Assembly (NCBI GenBank): GCA_964276515.1
Contig: OZ193909.1
Span: forward strand, 13,392,001 to 13,456,000
Origin: Gordius albopunctatus
Lineage: Eukaryota
Direction: 5' to 3'
Length of the DNA stretch: 64,000 nt
Shown: positions 51,201-64,000 of the stretch, one piece after another
Numbering within the stretch: position 1 is the first letter of the stretch
Layout: each line of letters starts with the position of its first letter
Notes under the pieces: model-generated
Databases searched by the model: none
What the model was told of the DNA's origin: nothing
What the model saw: the letters and a program-made list of their open reading frames with translations, nothing else
Made by a program: the position numbers and the translations under genes

Positions 51201-54200
51201 TAAAACTAGACAAATCTTCTATAGATTCTATATGCTTTTATTATATTTAACTATTGGTTATTCAACCATATCTTTACCCCTTGTGTTTCAATCGTTTTAG
51301 AGCCGACAACCTATTTTCGTGAGGCTATTAGAGTCCGTTTGCGAATTATCAAGTTGTACGACATTGATTGGTGCCCATAAGTATCACGTAGAAAACTGCA
51401 TTAGGGCATTATGCGAAACAGGTAATAAAATGCAAATGTATTCGACACTAGTACTACTTCGCCTATATTAATATGCTGCATTTTTTGGTGGTTAAGAGAT
51501 TTAACTCTAACAATAATTGCTTTGTATTGAACTAATACTCTTTAAGTGAAATTTTAATTTATCGTAAGATTGCTTTGAAATGTTTTCTAGTAGAAAAATG
51601 ATATTGTTAATCAGTTTTATTTTAAATTGATTACTGCTTTACTGCCATTAAGCTAAGAACAGAGACATTGCGATACCGGTTGATATAGAGACAGAGATTA
51701 AACAAATGTTTTCCACCGCCAAAACTGTCCTTAAACATTCCAAGATGTGGATTACCGCCGGAAAGGCTAAAATCGAAAATCATTCGGCAAAGGATAGAGA
51801 ATACAGAGTCATCGTAGAATGCTTTCAGGTTATACTACATCATATATATGTAAATATCAGGCTCAAAATATCTCTTTTTAGTATTGATTTATTATGTATT
51901 TTAAGGTCTAAATATTATCAAATAATAATTTTAACACTTTTTAAATAGATTATGGCCTTAATATAACTTAATTTTATGTCTAAACAAAATGTTATAGACG
52001 ATAGGGAGCAATTTGGATGATAGTTTTAAACCGCTGATACAAGCCGAATTATCCATTTTGGTGGATGTATTGCATCACCCTGAATACCTCTTTCCACCAT
52101 TGTCTTCCATACGAGTTACATGCCAAAATGGCGGTCTTATATTCAGGTAGCTAATCCTTCAAAACGTTTTTTTAGTTTAATAAGGCTTAAATTATTAAAA
52201 ATTGTTATTATCGCAACCAAAATAATCCTTAATCATTCTTTAACTATTTATTATCTAATTGAAGGTTAATAAAGCATATCAACAAATTGTACGAAGAAAA
52301 GGAGGAGAATTTGTGCATTAAAATATTGCAATCGCTAAAGGAAATGATGACACAACATGATGGCAGATTTTTAATGGTACACTATAATTATAAGGTTTTG
52401 TAGCCGTTCCCTTCACTTTTTTTATTAGGTCCAAGCAATAGTTTTTAAACTAAGTAAACATATGTATGTTTAATTTTAAAGTTTACTACTATATTTTGGT
52501 ATTTAAACATAGCGTCAAAATCGTAATCGAGACTTAAGCTGTTACCGTGTTTTTTAATATATCATCTTTAGTCGTGACAAGAGTTAGTGACAGATGTATA
52601 ATATCGAATCATACAACCTGGATATGTTGCGAAGAATTAGCCATTCTAATTATGAATTTGATAAAACTTTAGAATTACTATTAAACGATTTAATAACTTT
52701 TGCATGCACGTTAAAACAGAATCTTGGTTTGAATGCAAATGCCGAAAATGATGATCTTATCAAGGTAATAGAGTTATATTAAAGCATTTGTATTTGCGAG
52801 ATTATATTAATATCACTTTTGTAGGGAGAAAATCTAAGGAAAGAGCTATTGATACGCTATTTTACACAATATCAAAATGTGTCGGATAAACAAGGTCATA
52901 ACAAGAAAACCGTTATAGAAACACCAACGCTATCCGAAAATTTGGCTGATATTCAAGATAACTTAGATAAGGTAGGCTTACTACTAACTTAATATTATTG
53001 CCTGTATTATAAACGACTATATAATTATTTCTCAGCAAGGGGCCACAAGTCTCATCGTAGACCTTATAATCAAAAACCCGAATCACAAAATATTTATTGA
53101 AACCATAGAATTAGGTATTGCATTGTTGGAAGGCGGAAATAACAAAATACAGGTGCATTCATCATAGCTAATAGTCGCTAAACTAATATGATATTTACTT
53201 GATTACTTTTTTGCAACAATATCGGCCATTAAATTTATTTTTAAGATAATATTTTTATTTCACGAGATAAATTTTGCGATTTTATTAAAGAATCTACAAT
53301 TAATTTTTATTTAGCACAAAATAAAAAATTCACTGACCATTTAAAATTAATCAGAGGTGTGTCTGTTCCCGAAGATTAAACAAAAAATGCTTGTGATCTT
53401 AAAATTTTCTAAACATTTACAATATATTTTTAACGAATTAATTTAAACAATTTTATATTAGAAGTCCTTTTACCACTTGCTATCGTCCGATAGCATAAAA
53501 TGTGATGCATTTTTCAAAGTTTTATACGACCATATAACAACGGCTGAAGGCGATATAAAGACAGCCATAGCCTCTAACAGCGGTGACAACAGCTCGGCAT
53601 CGCAGAAAAAAGAGGAAAGTCGTTTCCTAAAATCTCTAGGCTGTTTACAGGGCACTCAAGACAAAAAATGTAAGTTTAAAATTTAGATTTTTAGTTTTAT
53701 AGCTCATCATTTTTGGTTTATTATTTATATTGTTTGGTCTATTGCAGCGATCGATGTATCAAAGCCTGCGAGCATTCATACAACCTTGAAAAATCAACTC
53801 GAAGATGCAGGAAAGTTGACTGGGAGTGCCATAAAATCAGTTGCTAAATCATTTAGTAAAGCTTTCCATCGTAAACGTCCCTCCTTAGGTACGTGTCCAT
53901 GCCTCATTATAAATTTTAAAAAATTATTATCATTCAGCCTTAATTATATTCACACTTCTTTTATTCATTTTGAATTTTAACGTAGAAAATATAAAGGATG
54001 TTGAAGAAATCAAACCTGTGGTGCCTGTTACTATCATAAATGATGAAATAGAGAAAGAATGCTCATCCGAGATAGATTTAATAATTCCAATATTAAGATT
54101 TTTGCAATTGCTTTGTGAAAATCACAACACTTCGCTACAGGTTATAAAATTTTTCCCCAAAAAACCTCATAATTCATCTTAATTTCCTTAATAGAATAAC

Positions 54201-57200
54201 TTTTTATAATAATAAATTTTAAACGATAACGACTATTCACTTGTTAATAAAAATATTTAAATAAATGTTTTTCTGTGTTAATCTTATGTTATTGTTATTA
54301 GAACTTTCTTCGTTGCCAAAATAACAAGACAAATTATAACATGGTATCTGAAACGTTGCAATTCTTGGATTGTATATGCGGTAGCACATCGGGTGGCTTG
54401 GGCTTGTTAGGGCTTTACATAAACGAGGAAAATGTTGGTCTTATATGTCAGATCCTTAACACTTTGACCGAATACTGTCAAGGCCCATGTCCAGAAAATC
54501 AAGTTTGTGAACATTGAAAATAAGATAACTCAAATAAAATATCGATTTTTTATAAAATGTCATTTGTATTATCTGTGGATTGGATATTTTGAATTGTAAA
54601 GTTCATTATTTTTGTAGAACTGTATAACGCGTCACGAATGCAACGGGATTGATATAATAATAGCGCTCATATTGAACGATATAACACCCTTGGGTAAATA
54701 TCGAATGGATTTAGCATTAGAGCTGAAAGTATGTTATTTGTTTTTATATTTATAGCATTAAATATTTATTTCCATAAATCCTCTTAATTAAAAATTGAAT
54801 CGAGTTCTTAATTAAACACGTTTTTACCAGTATCAGGGCTAATGGTCAGGATAAGGTCAGTAATAATTAAGGTTTATCCAAATGTAACCTCTTAAAATTT
54901 AAATCAAAATTATAATTTCTGCGATTTTGGAATAGAACAACGCAGCTAAACTCTTACTTTCATTAATGGAAAGCCGTCACGACAGCGAAAACTCTGAGAG
55001 AATACTCTTCAACATGAATCCACATATTTTAGTAATAATATTCAATATTTCTAATGCAATGACTATATGTCTGTGATAGATTTAAATATACTATCTATTT
55101 TTTACTTTATTTTTCGTTAGATTGATGTAATAGTGAAAGCATTCCATGAAGACGCATCTTCTGCGCAAATAAACAGCGATACCTTAATGCTAACTGTATC
55201 ATCTGACCCTGGGCATCATGATCATCACGCGAGAATTCATCAGGTATAAATTTTATACTTATCAAGAAGGTATATAACAAGACAATTCCTTTTCAATCCA
55301 AGTTATGATAATGCTTATTTTATTTGAAGCTTTTTTATAAATAGTAATAAGTTATTACAGATCTAAATTTGTAGATAATACGCATCAAATGCCAAATAAA
55401 TTCTTAACAAACTATTATGCATGATAGGATGAAATAGGTTCAAACAGTAGCAAGGTGAATGCTCATTCAAACTACGTCGATAGTAACCAAGCTTCGGACC
55501 ACGACACTATGTTGGATACGAGTTTTGGTCAACGTTTTTCACCCAAAGCCGTCGGCCATGATATATACATCCTGGCCCAACAACTGTCGCATCATAACGG
55601 GGAGTTGGCTGAACTGTTGGATCCTTTATATATGGCTCATGAGGAGAACGCTAAGCAAGCACTAGAATTTTACGCCAAAAATACTGCACAAATTGAGGTA
55701 ATTTTTGATATTTTATAGTTTCCTTTTTACTTGCAACACTAATTATAACGGATTTTGTCATAGAAATTTATTTACTTTCCTTATAATAGGATTTCATAGT
55801 TACTATGTTTTAATATTTTTTCTTGTGATCCATTTAATATTTTTGACATGATTTAATATAGGTCGTTCGTAAAGATTTACATTTTGAGAGGATCATTTTC
55901 CCCATTCCATCCATTTGTGAATACCTCACCCAAGAAACGAAAGGCAAAGTTTTCAATAACGTTGAACGAGACGAACAAGGGACTAAGGTGGGTGATTTTT
56001 TTTCAATCATCCCAGAGTTGTACACTGAGATGACGTGGCAGAAGAGACTAAGAGGTAAGGATAATTTATGCCAATACTATAGTTTAATGAGATATATAAC
56101 TTTATAACTTATTTTTTATTAATATTATAATCGTCATACACTAGCACTTCTTATTTACAGCACAACCCGTGTTTTATTGGTTTGCCAGTCATATGAGCCT
56201 ATGGAGCAAAATAACTTTCAACATAGTTTTGCTCATAAATTTGCTAGTGGCCCTCTTTTACCCGTTTGGACCTTTGCCAAAAAGTAACGCTCTTATATGA
56301 AGAAGAACTAACTATTTTTATAAATATTTGGCGTTTGCCTATTAGGGAGCGATCCCCGCATATCAATGTTGGTGTGGTTAGCGTTCATTACATCAAGTGG
56401 TTTTGTAGTCTGTTTACCAAACACTGCAGCTATACGTTCTTTTGTCATGTCATTAATAATCAGAATGATACTGTCTCTTGGCGTCAAATTCACTCTATGG
56501 ATATTGGGCGCCTTATTGGTAGCATTTAATATCAATAAAAATAACACTCACATATTTTTTTGCTATTAGTCTTTTTAATTATATTATGGTAATTCATTTG
56601 AGTTAAAATAAAAAAATAAGATGAGTTGATATAAGTAATCAAAAATTAAAATTGTAATATCACTATCCTAAAAAGTAACATTTAATATATTATTGTAAAA
56701 GAAACTATATATTTTATTTATCTGTATTCAAAAGGTATTAAGTTCAAGCATCTTCCTTACAAGTCTAATGGGCAACCGTGGCAAATTTACCAAATCGTTT
56801 AAGCATATACTCACCGACCCTGAAATACTGTATCACATGGGCTATCTCTTAGTGTGCATTTTGGGTCTTTGCTTCCACGAATTTTTTTATAGCTTTTTGG
56901 TAAACACATTAAATAAACTGCTAAAATAAATCGTTTTTACAACATAAATATTATATGGTTAGTTCAACTCTGTGGATTTTGGCTGTTTTTATATTGCTTT
57001 CAAACATCTTTAGCGTTTTAAACTCCTTCAATATATATTTATAAAGAATATGAAAAAATTATTAATTTGTGGACCATTATCTTAGTTATTAGATGTAGTG
57101 TACAGGGAGGAAACATTGCTCAACGTTATTAAGTCGGTTACCAAAAATGGTAGATCAATATTGCTAACGGCCGTATTCGCCGTCATACTCATCTACTTAT

Positions 57201-60169
57201 TTGCCATACTTGGATACCTCGTTTTCCAAGATGATTTTACCGTTGAAGTGCAACCCAATCTTAATCAGCAAAACACACAGATTGTCAAATGTAAAACAAT
57301 TTTTCATATATTTACACTTTATGAACTGCCTTTGGGGGACACATTATAATTAGATATCTTAGAAAATACTAATGAGGCTTCAATAATCACATAAATCTCT
57401 GCTAGTTTATCTTAATATCGTAAAATTTAAGTAATAATTAGTGACTACAACTAATATAGGATATGACGCATTATAATTAGGTATCTTAGAAAATAGAAAA
57501 TACTAATGAGGCTTCAATAATCACATAAACCTCTGCTAGGTTATTTTAATATTGTAAAATTTAAAAATTTTACTCGGTCCTTGGGACGTCACCAGAGCCT
57601 TCTATCTCTCAGTCCAGTCTGTTTATTTTTGTGTTAGCTTAAAACCCAATTTCTTCTATACTCCTTATAGAAGCAGTAGTTTAATTTGCTATGCAATTTT
57701 TAGGGGGTGGAATGACATGACTGTTTTTTCTGGGGGGGGGGGCGGCAATTGTCTATGACGAGAGAGAATACTTATTTATGTTTAAAATATCGAAGCTCTA
57801 TGGGGCTACATCTCTGGTGGCCCCGTCTTTTTATGTGTTTAATATTAAACCCAATCAAATGTTCTCTTACACAACTTTATGGTTAGTTTGGTAAGCAGTA
57901 TCGGATATCATTCCTTCCTATGATGTCTTTATTATTCTAAGTAATGCCCGAAAGAATTACATAGCTATAGTTGTAACACATTTGCAAACGAACTAACCCT
58001 TCTTACTGCAGGAACTTTTATTAAGTCTATGAGTAGTATCACTTAAATTTTTTGTATAGATGGTGGAACAGCGGGCGCAGTGATGATGAGTATGGCGACG
58101 GGTTTGGCTACTGGGTTAAAAAAGATGTCAGACATGGCAAATCATGTTGCTGGAAAAAATTTAATTACCTTTTCTTTGGGTCCTTGTAGTTCCGACGATA
58201 ATAATGTAGCGTGCGATTTTAAGGGAGCCGACGCAACTCACCCTGAAAGTTTTATGGCGTCGCTAATGCAAAACTATAGCCAAAGTATATCCATTTAGAC
58301 TGTTTACTTTAAAAAGGCTTATATGAATTTTATAAGTTATATTATATCATTCTTGTCGTGATATTCTAGTATAATAAATTTACTGAAGCAATAGATTCTT
58401 ACTAGTTTTTTAATTTAAAGATTTTATAACTTTATAAAATAAACATTGTGGCAATATGATTAAATAATATTTAAGTTTGAATGTTTTCTTTTTATAAATT
58501 TGTGAAATACTTATAATAACTTTGATAATTTAAAGATGATCAAATTATATAGAGCTCATAAGATCATCCATCTATCATATATTTAGCGATTAACGTAATT
58601 ATTTGTTTTATATGGAGATATGTCAAATATGATAAATTTAGATTCGCTAACGTCGCCTCGCATATTGCCTTACGGTTCACCGATGTCTAATTACACAGCA
58701 ACTGAAAATGAGTTAGGGGAAGATAAAGGTGGCTTGGAGACACAAGTTGAGAGAGTGTGTGATTCCTTACTCATGTGCATTATAACCACTTTGAACGAAG
58801 GCTTACGGAATGGGGGAGGCATAGGGGACGTGCTAAGAAAACCTAGCAGCAAGGTAAGTTTTATAAATTTGGGCCTCTTTAGCAAAAAATTATATGCATG
58901 TTAAAATAAAAATGTAAACAAGTCGAGGAGAGAAAAGATTTCTAGTGTATTTATATATGGGGGTAGCCTAGATTAGAGGTGGCCAAAATGTTCATTTACA
59001 TTGAAGGAGGACCATTGTCTTTTAGAAAATTAATTTAATCTTTTTATGTCAATTTATTAATTTTTAACTTGTATATCCCGTAAATTTTTTAGGAACCCCT
59101 CTTCATATTCCGTGTAGTTTATGACTTGCTCTTCTACTTTATAGTCATAATTATAATTCTTAACCTGATCTTCGGAGTCATCATCGACACCTTTGCTGAT
59201 CTAAGGAGCGAAAAACAGGAGAAAGAAGAAATTCTCAAAAACTCGTGCTTCATTTGCTGTAAATATCGCAAAAATTTACATCATTTAAAATAGCTATTTC
59301 ACGTTAAATAAACCATTCAAAACTATCTCATATAGCAAACTTTCAAATTTCGATAAATTGTTATTTTGACGCAAATCATTTAAATGGCTACATAATTTTT
59401 TGCGACATCATCTTATTTGGTCATAGAATTTGATGAATTCACATTTTAGGTCTAGAGAGGAAGGCTTTTGACAACAAGAAAGTCACGTTTGAGGAACACA
59501 TTAAAAAAGAACACAATCTTTGGCATTACTTTTACTTCATCGTTTTGTTGAAGGTTAAAGATTCCACAGAATTCACGGGACCAGAATACTACGTCCATAA
59601 AATGATCCAAGTCATTAATTTAGATTTTATTTTATTAAACAAAACGTATGAATCACGAATCTTTTTTTAAAAGATAGAAAATCCGCATTACTATTTGTAT
59701 AATTCCAATATTTGAATGTTTTCCAATAATTAACAATACTTAACCTTTTAAATTTATTTTTTCATTAATAAACTTATTTAATCTTGATTACTCTTTAGGA
59801 AGGTAATTTGGATTGGTTTCCACGCATGAGAACGATGTCATTAGCACTCGATTTGGAAGAAAACGACCAAACTACTGAAGTCAAATTATTACAAAGCAAA
59901 CTGGAAGAAACAGTTAAAATTGTGGGATACTTATCACAGCAAATGACCACTCTCCAAGAAGAGGTAACTTTATTAGAACTCGGATAATAAAAAATAAGGG
60001 CTTTTCTAACGCATTTTATTAATCAAAAAACGTAAAACATTCAACTTTGCCATATTTTTAGATACTTAAACAAAGTGTAACGAAACAAAAACTGAATATC
60101 CTTGGGCCCGAATCAAATTACCGCAATTCCTTGGTTAAAAAATCTTCACTAACCTCACAAAAAGATTAA
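24263..60169 (+). CDS. ITPR: Inositol 1,4,5-trisphosphate receptor, complete, about 59 exons
   Basis: [17 protein letters not shown] (24263-24342), LVDDR..PPTKFRDCLF, IP3-binding [16 protein letters not shown] and [24 protein letters not shown], pore [10 protein letters not shown] (about 58800-58830), [16 protein letters not shown] and EHNLWHY; last exon 60062-60169 ends in TAA; the exon joins checked are GT-AG with consistent phases. Confidence 0.97.
26504..26907. mobile_element. CATGGGC MITE with an Ac-like hAT MITE (26648-26899) inserted in its right terminus
   Basis: Inner ends TAGAGCCC..TGCA / TGCAGGGCTA with TSD GCTATGGG/CCTATGGG; inner element matches the 4866 family (AAAGTCAC..ACCCGACCCG). 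Confidence 0.7.
28224..28354. mobile_element. hAT-type MITE (CATGGGCGTAGCC family)
   Basis: CATGGGCCTAGCCAGG / CCTGGCTATGCCCTTG; degenerate 8-bp TSD GGTGAAGC/CGTGAACC. Confidence 0.75.
33842..33968. mobile_element. hAT-type MITE, internally deleted
   Basis: CATGGGCCTAGCC / GGCTACCCCATG; body shared with other copies. Confidence 0.7.
34701..34873. mobile_element. hAT-type MITE
   Basis: CATGGGCATAGCCAGG / CCTGGATACGCCCATG; perfect TSD AATTTTAA. Confidence 0.88.
36148..36297. mobile_element. hAT-type MITE
   Basis: CATGGGCGTAGCCA / TGGCTACGTCCATG; TSD TTCTACAG/ATCTATAG. Confidence 0.8.
39304..40903 (-). mobile_element. Internally deleted hAT (Ac-like) transposon in an ITPR intron, retaining the C-terminal dimerization domain (ORF 39533-39937)
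   Basis: TIRs TAGAGGTCTGCA / TGCAGACCTCTA; perfect [39 protein letters not shown] motif. Confidence 0.93.
42982..43803 (-). mobile_element. Non-autonomous Helitron-like element
   Basis: Minus strand starts TCTATATATATAAAG and ends with hairpin GGCAAAAC..GTTTGCC then CTAA, inserted between A and T; contains an (ACAT)n microsatellite and an internal tandem repeat of about 140 bp (43500-43760). Confidence 0.7.
48189..48335. mobile_element. hAT-type MITE
   Basis: TATGGGCGTAGCC / GGCTGCGCCCATG; perfect TSD ATGAACAT. Confidence 0.85.
50031..50757. mobile_element. Longer (727 bp) hAT-type non-autonomous element with the same TIR
   Basis: CATGGGCGTAG / CTACGCCCATG; perfect TSD AACTAGTT. Confidence 0.88.
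57344..57564 (+). repeat. Intronic direct duplication of about 87 bp
   Basis: TTATAATTAG.TATCTTAGAAAATA..CTAATGAGGCTTCAATAATCACATAAA..GTAAAATTTAA occurs twice. Confidence 0.8.
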
Positions 60170-60515
60170 ATATCCCGAAACCGATGAATTAATAATATTG
60201 TTAAACCTCACCAAATTTACAAGATATGTTATCATTATAACTAAATTATTTTTAAAGTTATCGATCATTTTACCAATCAATAAAAACTTGCAGACCATAT
60301 TTATAAATTTATTATTATACAATCATAAAAATGCATATTTTAAAAAATAAATTATAATCATGCGTTTCACATAAATTATTTTTCATAAATATATGTGAAT
60401 TTAATGTGATTTTGAATAAAATTAATTGATAAACGCTGATAAAACAATTTTAAAATACTTAACTCTTTAAAATATTTAATTAATGGTATGCTTTTTTATC
60501 AACACAACATCAAAA

Positions 60516-63500
60516 TTATAAATTAAAATCTGACAAAAGGCTGGACAACATTTGAGAACCATTTGTAAAAGCCGTAGTTGCTATATATAATTGATAATCT
60601 AAAAAATAAAAGATTCAATTCAATATAATTTAGTTAGGGCTTTATAAGTAATATGACAAAAATTTAATAATTTTTAAAGTAAAAAATAATTAATTTTATA
60701 GGAAATAAACTAATAAAACAAAAAATGTATGACCTAATTGTTTAGCCAAAAATCGAAGGGCTGCAATTTCCCCATAAGTACATCCACCGACAAAAAAGAT
60801 TAATGCCTTTCGTGGAATTTGAGAATCTGAAATAAAAAACATAGGCGTAGTGTATATTGTATTTACGTCTAAAATAAAATTTTAAATGAGCATATTTCTA
60901 AGTTAATGTTTAACTAAGTGCGATGGCAGATTTATTGGAAGCAGAATGATTGAGAAAATTTTGAACACTTCGTTTAAAAGCAGCTTTAGGCATTATTTTT
61001 GTCAGATCTTCCAGCACTGAATCGCAGTTCATCAGTACCTGCAATATAAATATATATTACAAAATTATCCATAATCAGCGTTTATATTATGACTCTTCCC
61101 ACAAATTTTTTAAGACGATTAGGCATAAATATTTTTTGTATAAATGCTAGGTTCTTCACACATAAATTGATAGAAGAAAAACTTTAGAATTAATGACGCT
61201 CTCTAAAATATTCAATAATTGTTCAATAGAATAATAAAAATAAGTGTGAACAGCTTACATTCTCAACAATCTGACAAGACAAGGGTTCATAAACGCCATT
61301 GTAAATGTAAGACATTTGTGAGGGATCTTTCAATTCTACCTTGGCATCTGCATTTTTGCCCGAATTCTGCAAAACAATATATATAAATTAAAATATACCC
61401 AACAGGTTTCGAGTTTTATTCATAATATTCAGACAAGCTTAAATTGGTAATAAAAAAACAATTCTGTCATAAATACATCGAGAAGATTTTTAAATATAAA
61501 AATGGAAGATTATCAATAAACATGTTTTAAATTGAGCTTAGAGGTAGCGGAACTGAACCAATTAGCTCCTAAAATGGAATTGTTTGAGCCAGATGTCATG
61601 GGATCTGTTAATGCGTCAAAGACTTTGGAAGAGAAAGTTTGATGTCGCGGGCAAAATAAACCCATCTTTTTGAGGTTGTGAAAAGCGGGAAGATAACGGA
61701 ACCCATACGTCTATTATATATAAGTTTATATAGATAGATAATGCGTTGTTAAAATAATAAAACTACTTGAAACAATCTTTTTCAAATATGTAATTAAAGT
61801 TATTTTTTATAAGATTAGGAAAGACCGGGGCTAAAATAGCCATACAGATTAAAACTTCTCTATTGTTGTTTAATTTTTGTTACTAAAATGTAAAACCTAC
61901 TTTTCATTCGTTTTTACGAGACATGATATAATAAGGAAGGTCTAGCATTAAACCATATCCAACTTCCCCGACCTCTATTTTTCATACAAATGCAAATAAA
62001 AGGTATTACTTGACGTAGTCATATCCCTTTATTAACTTAAGATACGTAACCAAAAAATATATCCTGGTATAAAATTTAAAACGCTTTTCTTCTATTATAT
62101 TTTTAGTTTGCCCAAACTAATATTTTACATTTATACCTTTTTAATAATTGCACATATGTTTCAAATTTAAATTTTTTAGTTTATTTTTAAAAATAGTTAC
62201 AAAGATATAAATGAAGCTGGTGTATAACTAGACCCGGTGTCGCCTTGTAATTCTATATTTATAAAACACAATTTTACAACAAAGCAATTAATTACGTGCA
62301 AAAACAATGTCTTTAATTTTTCATAATCTTTTGCCACAACTCCACCCTGCACGTTGGATAGGAGGCACATCAATGACAAGATGGATGCGACAGGGGGCTA
62401 AAGCAATACTTAAAGCAGTCACCACTAAATTACCTGTTTGAGCATGAGGTCTTCGATAAAAGCTATGCAGGCCTTGTATTCTTGCAATTGCAAAGTGTCT
62501 ATTTGACATTAGTAGAAAGTAAAAAATATTTCGGCGGAAGAGACGTCTGTATTAATTGTAGGCCTCACGTTCATTATTAACCGCTAAGCAGACAAATTAT
62601 ATAAAAATACGTACATACCGCATTCAATTTTTTAACCATTGCGCGAAAAGTAGAAAATGATTTGTATCTTATTTTCGCTCACTTTTTGCCGCAGGCGAAA
62701 ATAATCGTCTGCGGTTTCCCCAAGAACGCATCCTATTTACAATTGTTATTTTCGTGATATATGATAAATTTTACGATTAATATAAAGATATTAAGAAAAA
62801 AGAATGAATAGTTTGATAAATTAGCTCCAAACTTCACTTCGCTTTTTTTCGCTTCGCGCGTCATCACGAACGTTGCGTTAGAGACCATACAAATATATAA
62901 CCAACTTTTTTAAAACAAACAAGCTTGACCCCATGGGCGTAGCCAAAGGGAGGGGCGGCTGCCCTCATTTAAATATAAAATTTGTTATTTTCATTCATAT
63001 TATGGCTAAAATTTCAAAAAATTATCATTCCCCCCCCCAAATCATTATTGTTCCCCCCTCTAATTACAATGCTGGGTGTGCCCGTGGTTAACCCTATGTC
63101 AAACTTGTTGCATAACATTGATTCTTTGCGACCTACTTTGTTCCGTAGTGAGTCTGGCTTGAAAATCGTCGATTAAATCATGCGTCGATTTGTGGATGAT
63201 CCTTTCACATATGTTAATGTCTAGTGAAAAGGGAAAAAACCTTAAAACAATTTAACGGTTAATTACGTTGAGCCAGAGCCTTTTGCTGTGATTTAAGATC
63301 CTTGAGTTGCTTGTTAATAAAATCCTTCATGTCGGCAATTGATGATTGACCTTTCTTTAACAATATAATCAGGAAGTGTAATTTACGTTTATATTCTCAA
63401 ATTTTATTAATACGTTTTTTTGCTAGATGTAATTGTTAAAATGGCTGTATAAACATAACGATAAAAATTCCATCCGCAGAAAATTAAAGTTAGAAAAAAC

Positions 63501-63800
63501 AATCACAAAACTGACCTATTCCTTTTAAATTTACCAATAAACAAAAAAATATGTAACAAACCTAAATACGTTTTAACATAATTAGAAAGTTATTATTCAC
63601 TGCAATAATCGGCTCTTTATTAAAAGTCATCAAAAATGTGAAGCACTTAAAAAAGAATAAATATTGTTTAACGTCTTAAATTTGATAATTATGACATTTT
63701 CGTAAAAACTTACTTCGTAAGTGGCTTGCAATTCGCGACTTTTGGTTTTCAAAGTTTGGGACACAAACGAAAAATGACAATTTTTGATTTCTTGAAAAAT
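60516..63800 (-). CDS. VPS33B: Vacuolar protein sorting 33 (Sec1/Munc18 family, VPS33B-like), 3' exons; the gene continues upstream, probably beyond the window
   Basis: Spliced peptides IFQEIKNCHFSFV, MKDFINKQLKDLKSQQKALAQHINICERI, FIEDLMLKQ|PPVASILSLMCLLS..KDYEKLKTLFLH|TYG..FHNLKKMGLF, MSYIYNGVYEPLSCQIVE, FVGGCTYGEIAALRFL, IATTAFTNG; stop at 60516-60518. Confidence 0.88.
62932..63086. mobile_element. hAT-type MITE in a VPS33B intron
   Basis: CATGGGCGTAGCC / GGGTGTGCCCGTG; TSD CTTGACCC/GTTAACCC. Confidence 0.7.
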
Positions 63801-64000
63801 CTGTACAAGACAAACATAATATAAGAACAATTAAAATCGGAAAATTGTAACTAGATCAAAAATAACTATATAAAACATACACAAAACCGAATGACAAATA
63901 GCTTGTGGCAATGCGGCAAAATAAACAATTAAATATTTTAGCATAATATTTCGCCAAAACTAAATTTTAAATAAAAATGCTAAAAAACGAATATAAGAGT

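Noticed and set aside
62197..62583. Apparent frameshifted pseudogene from overlapping minus-strand ORFs
   Set aside because: Explained by short VPS33B exons and a 36-nt intron; no frameshift is needed.

Overview
AT-rich, intron-rich eukaryotic (invertebrate animal-type) DNA. Host genes: the last three exons of a gene ending in a CaaX box (CCAIM; +, 237-3087); a single-coding-exon alpha-1,2-fucosyltransferase (GT11; -, 3592-4692); a two-exon 104-aa orphan membrane-anchor/coiled-coil gene (+, 21904-23832); a complete, about 59-exon IP3 receptor (ITPR; +, 24263-60169); and the 3' part of VPS33B (-, 60516 to at least 63800), tail-to-tail with ITPR. The 5-21 kb interval is a transposon cluster. 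It holds a frameshifted CRE-clade non-LTR retrotransposon between two identical 51-bp direct repeats with hairpin/pseudoknot potential, an intact Ty3/Gypsy element, a piggyBac relic and nested hAT-type MITEs. The introns carry many more hAT MITEs and a Helitron-like element. Best leads: the structured 51-bp CRE target duplication, candidate ITPR cassette exons (one with clustered TGCATG motifs, one at the vertebrate SII position), the orphan microprotein just upstream of ITPR, and 36-39 nt introns. All exon calls were made by eye from remembered family motifs; no database searches were run.
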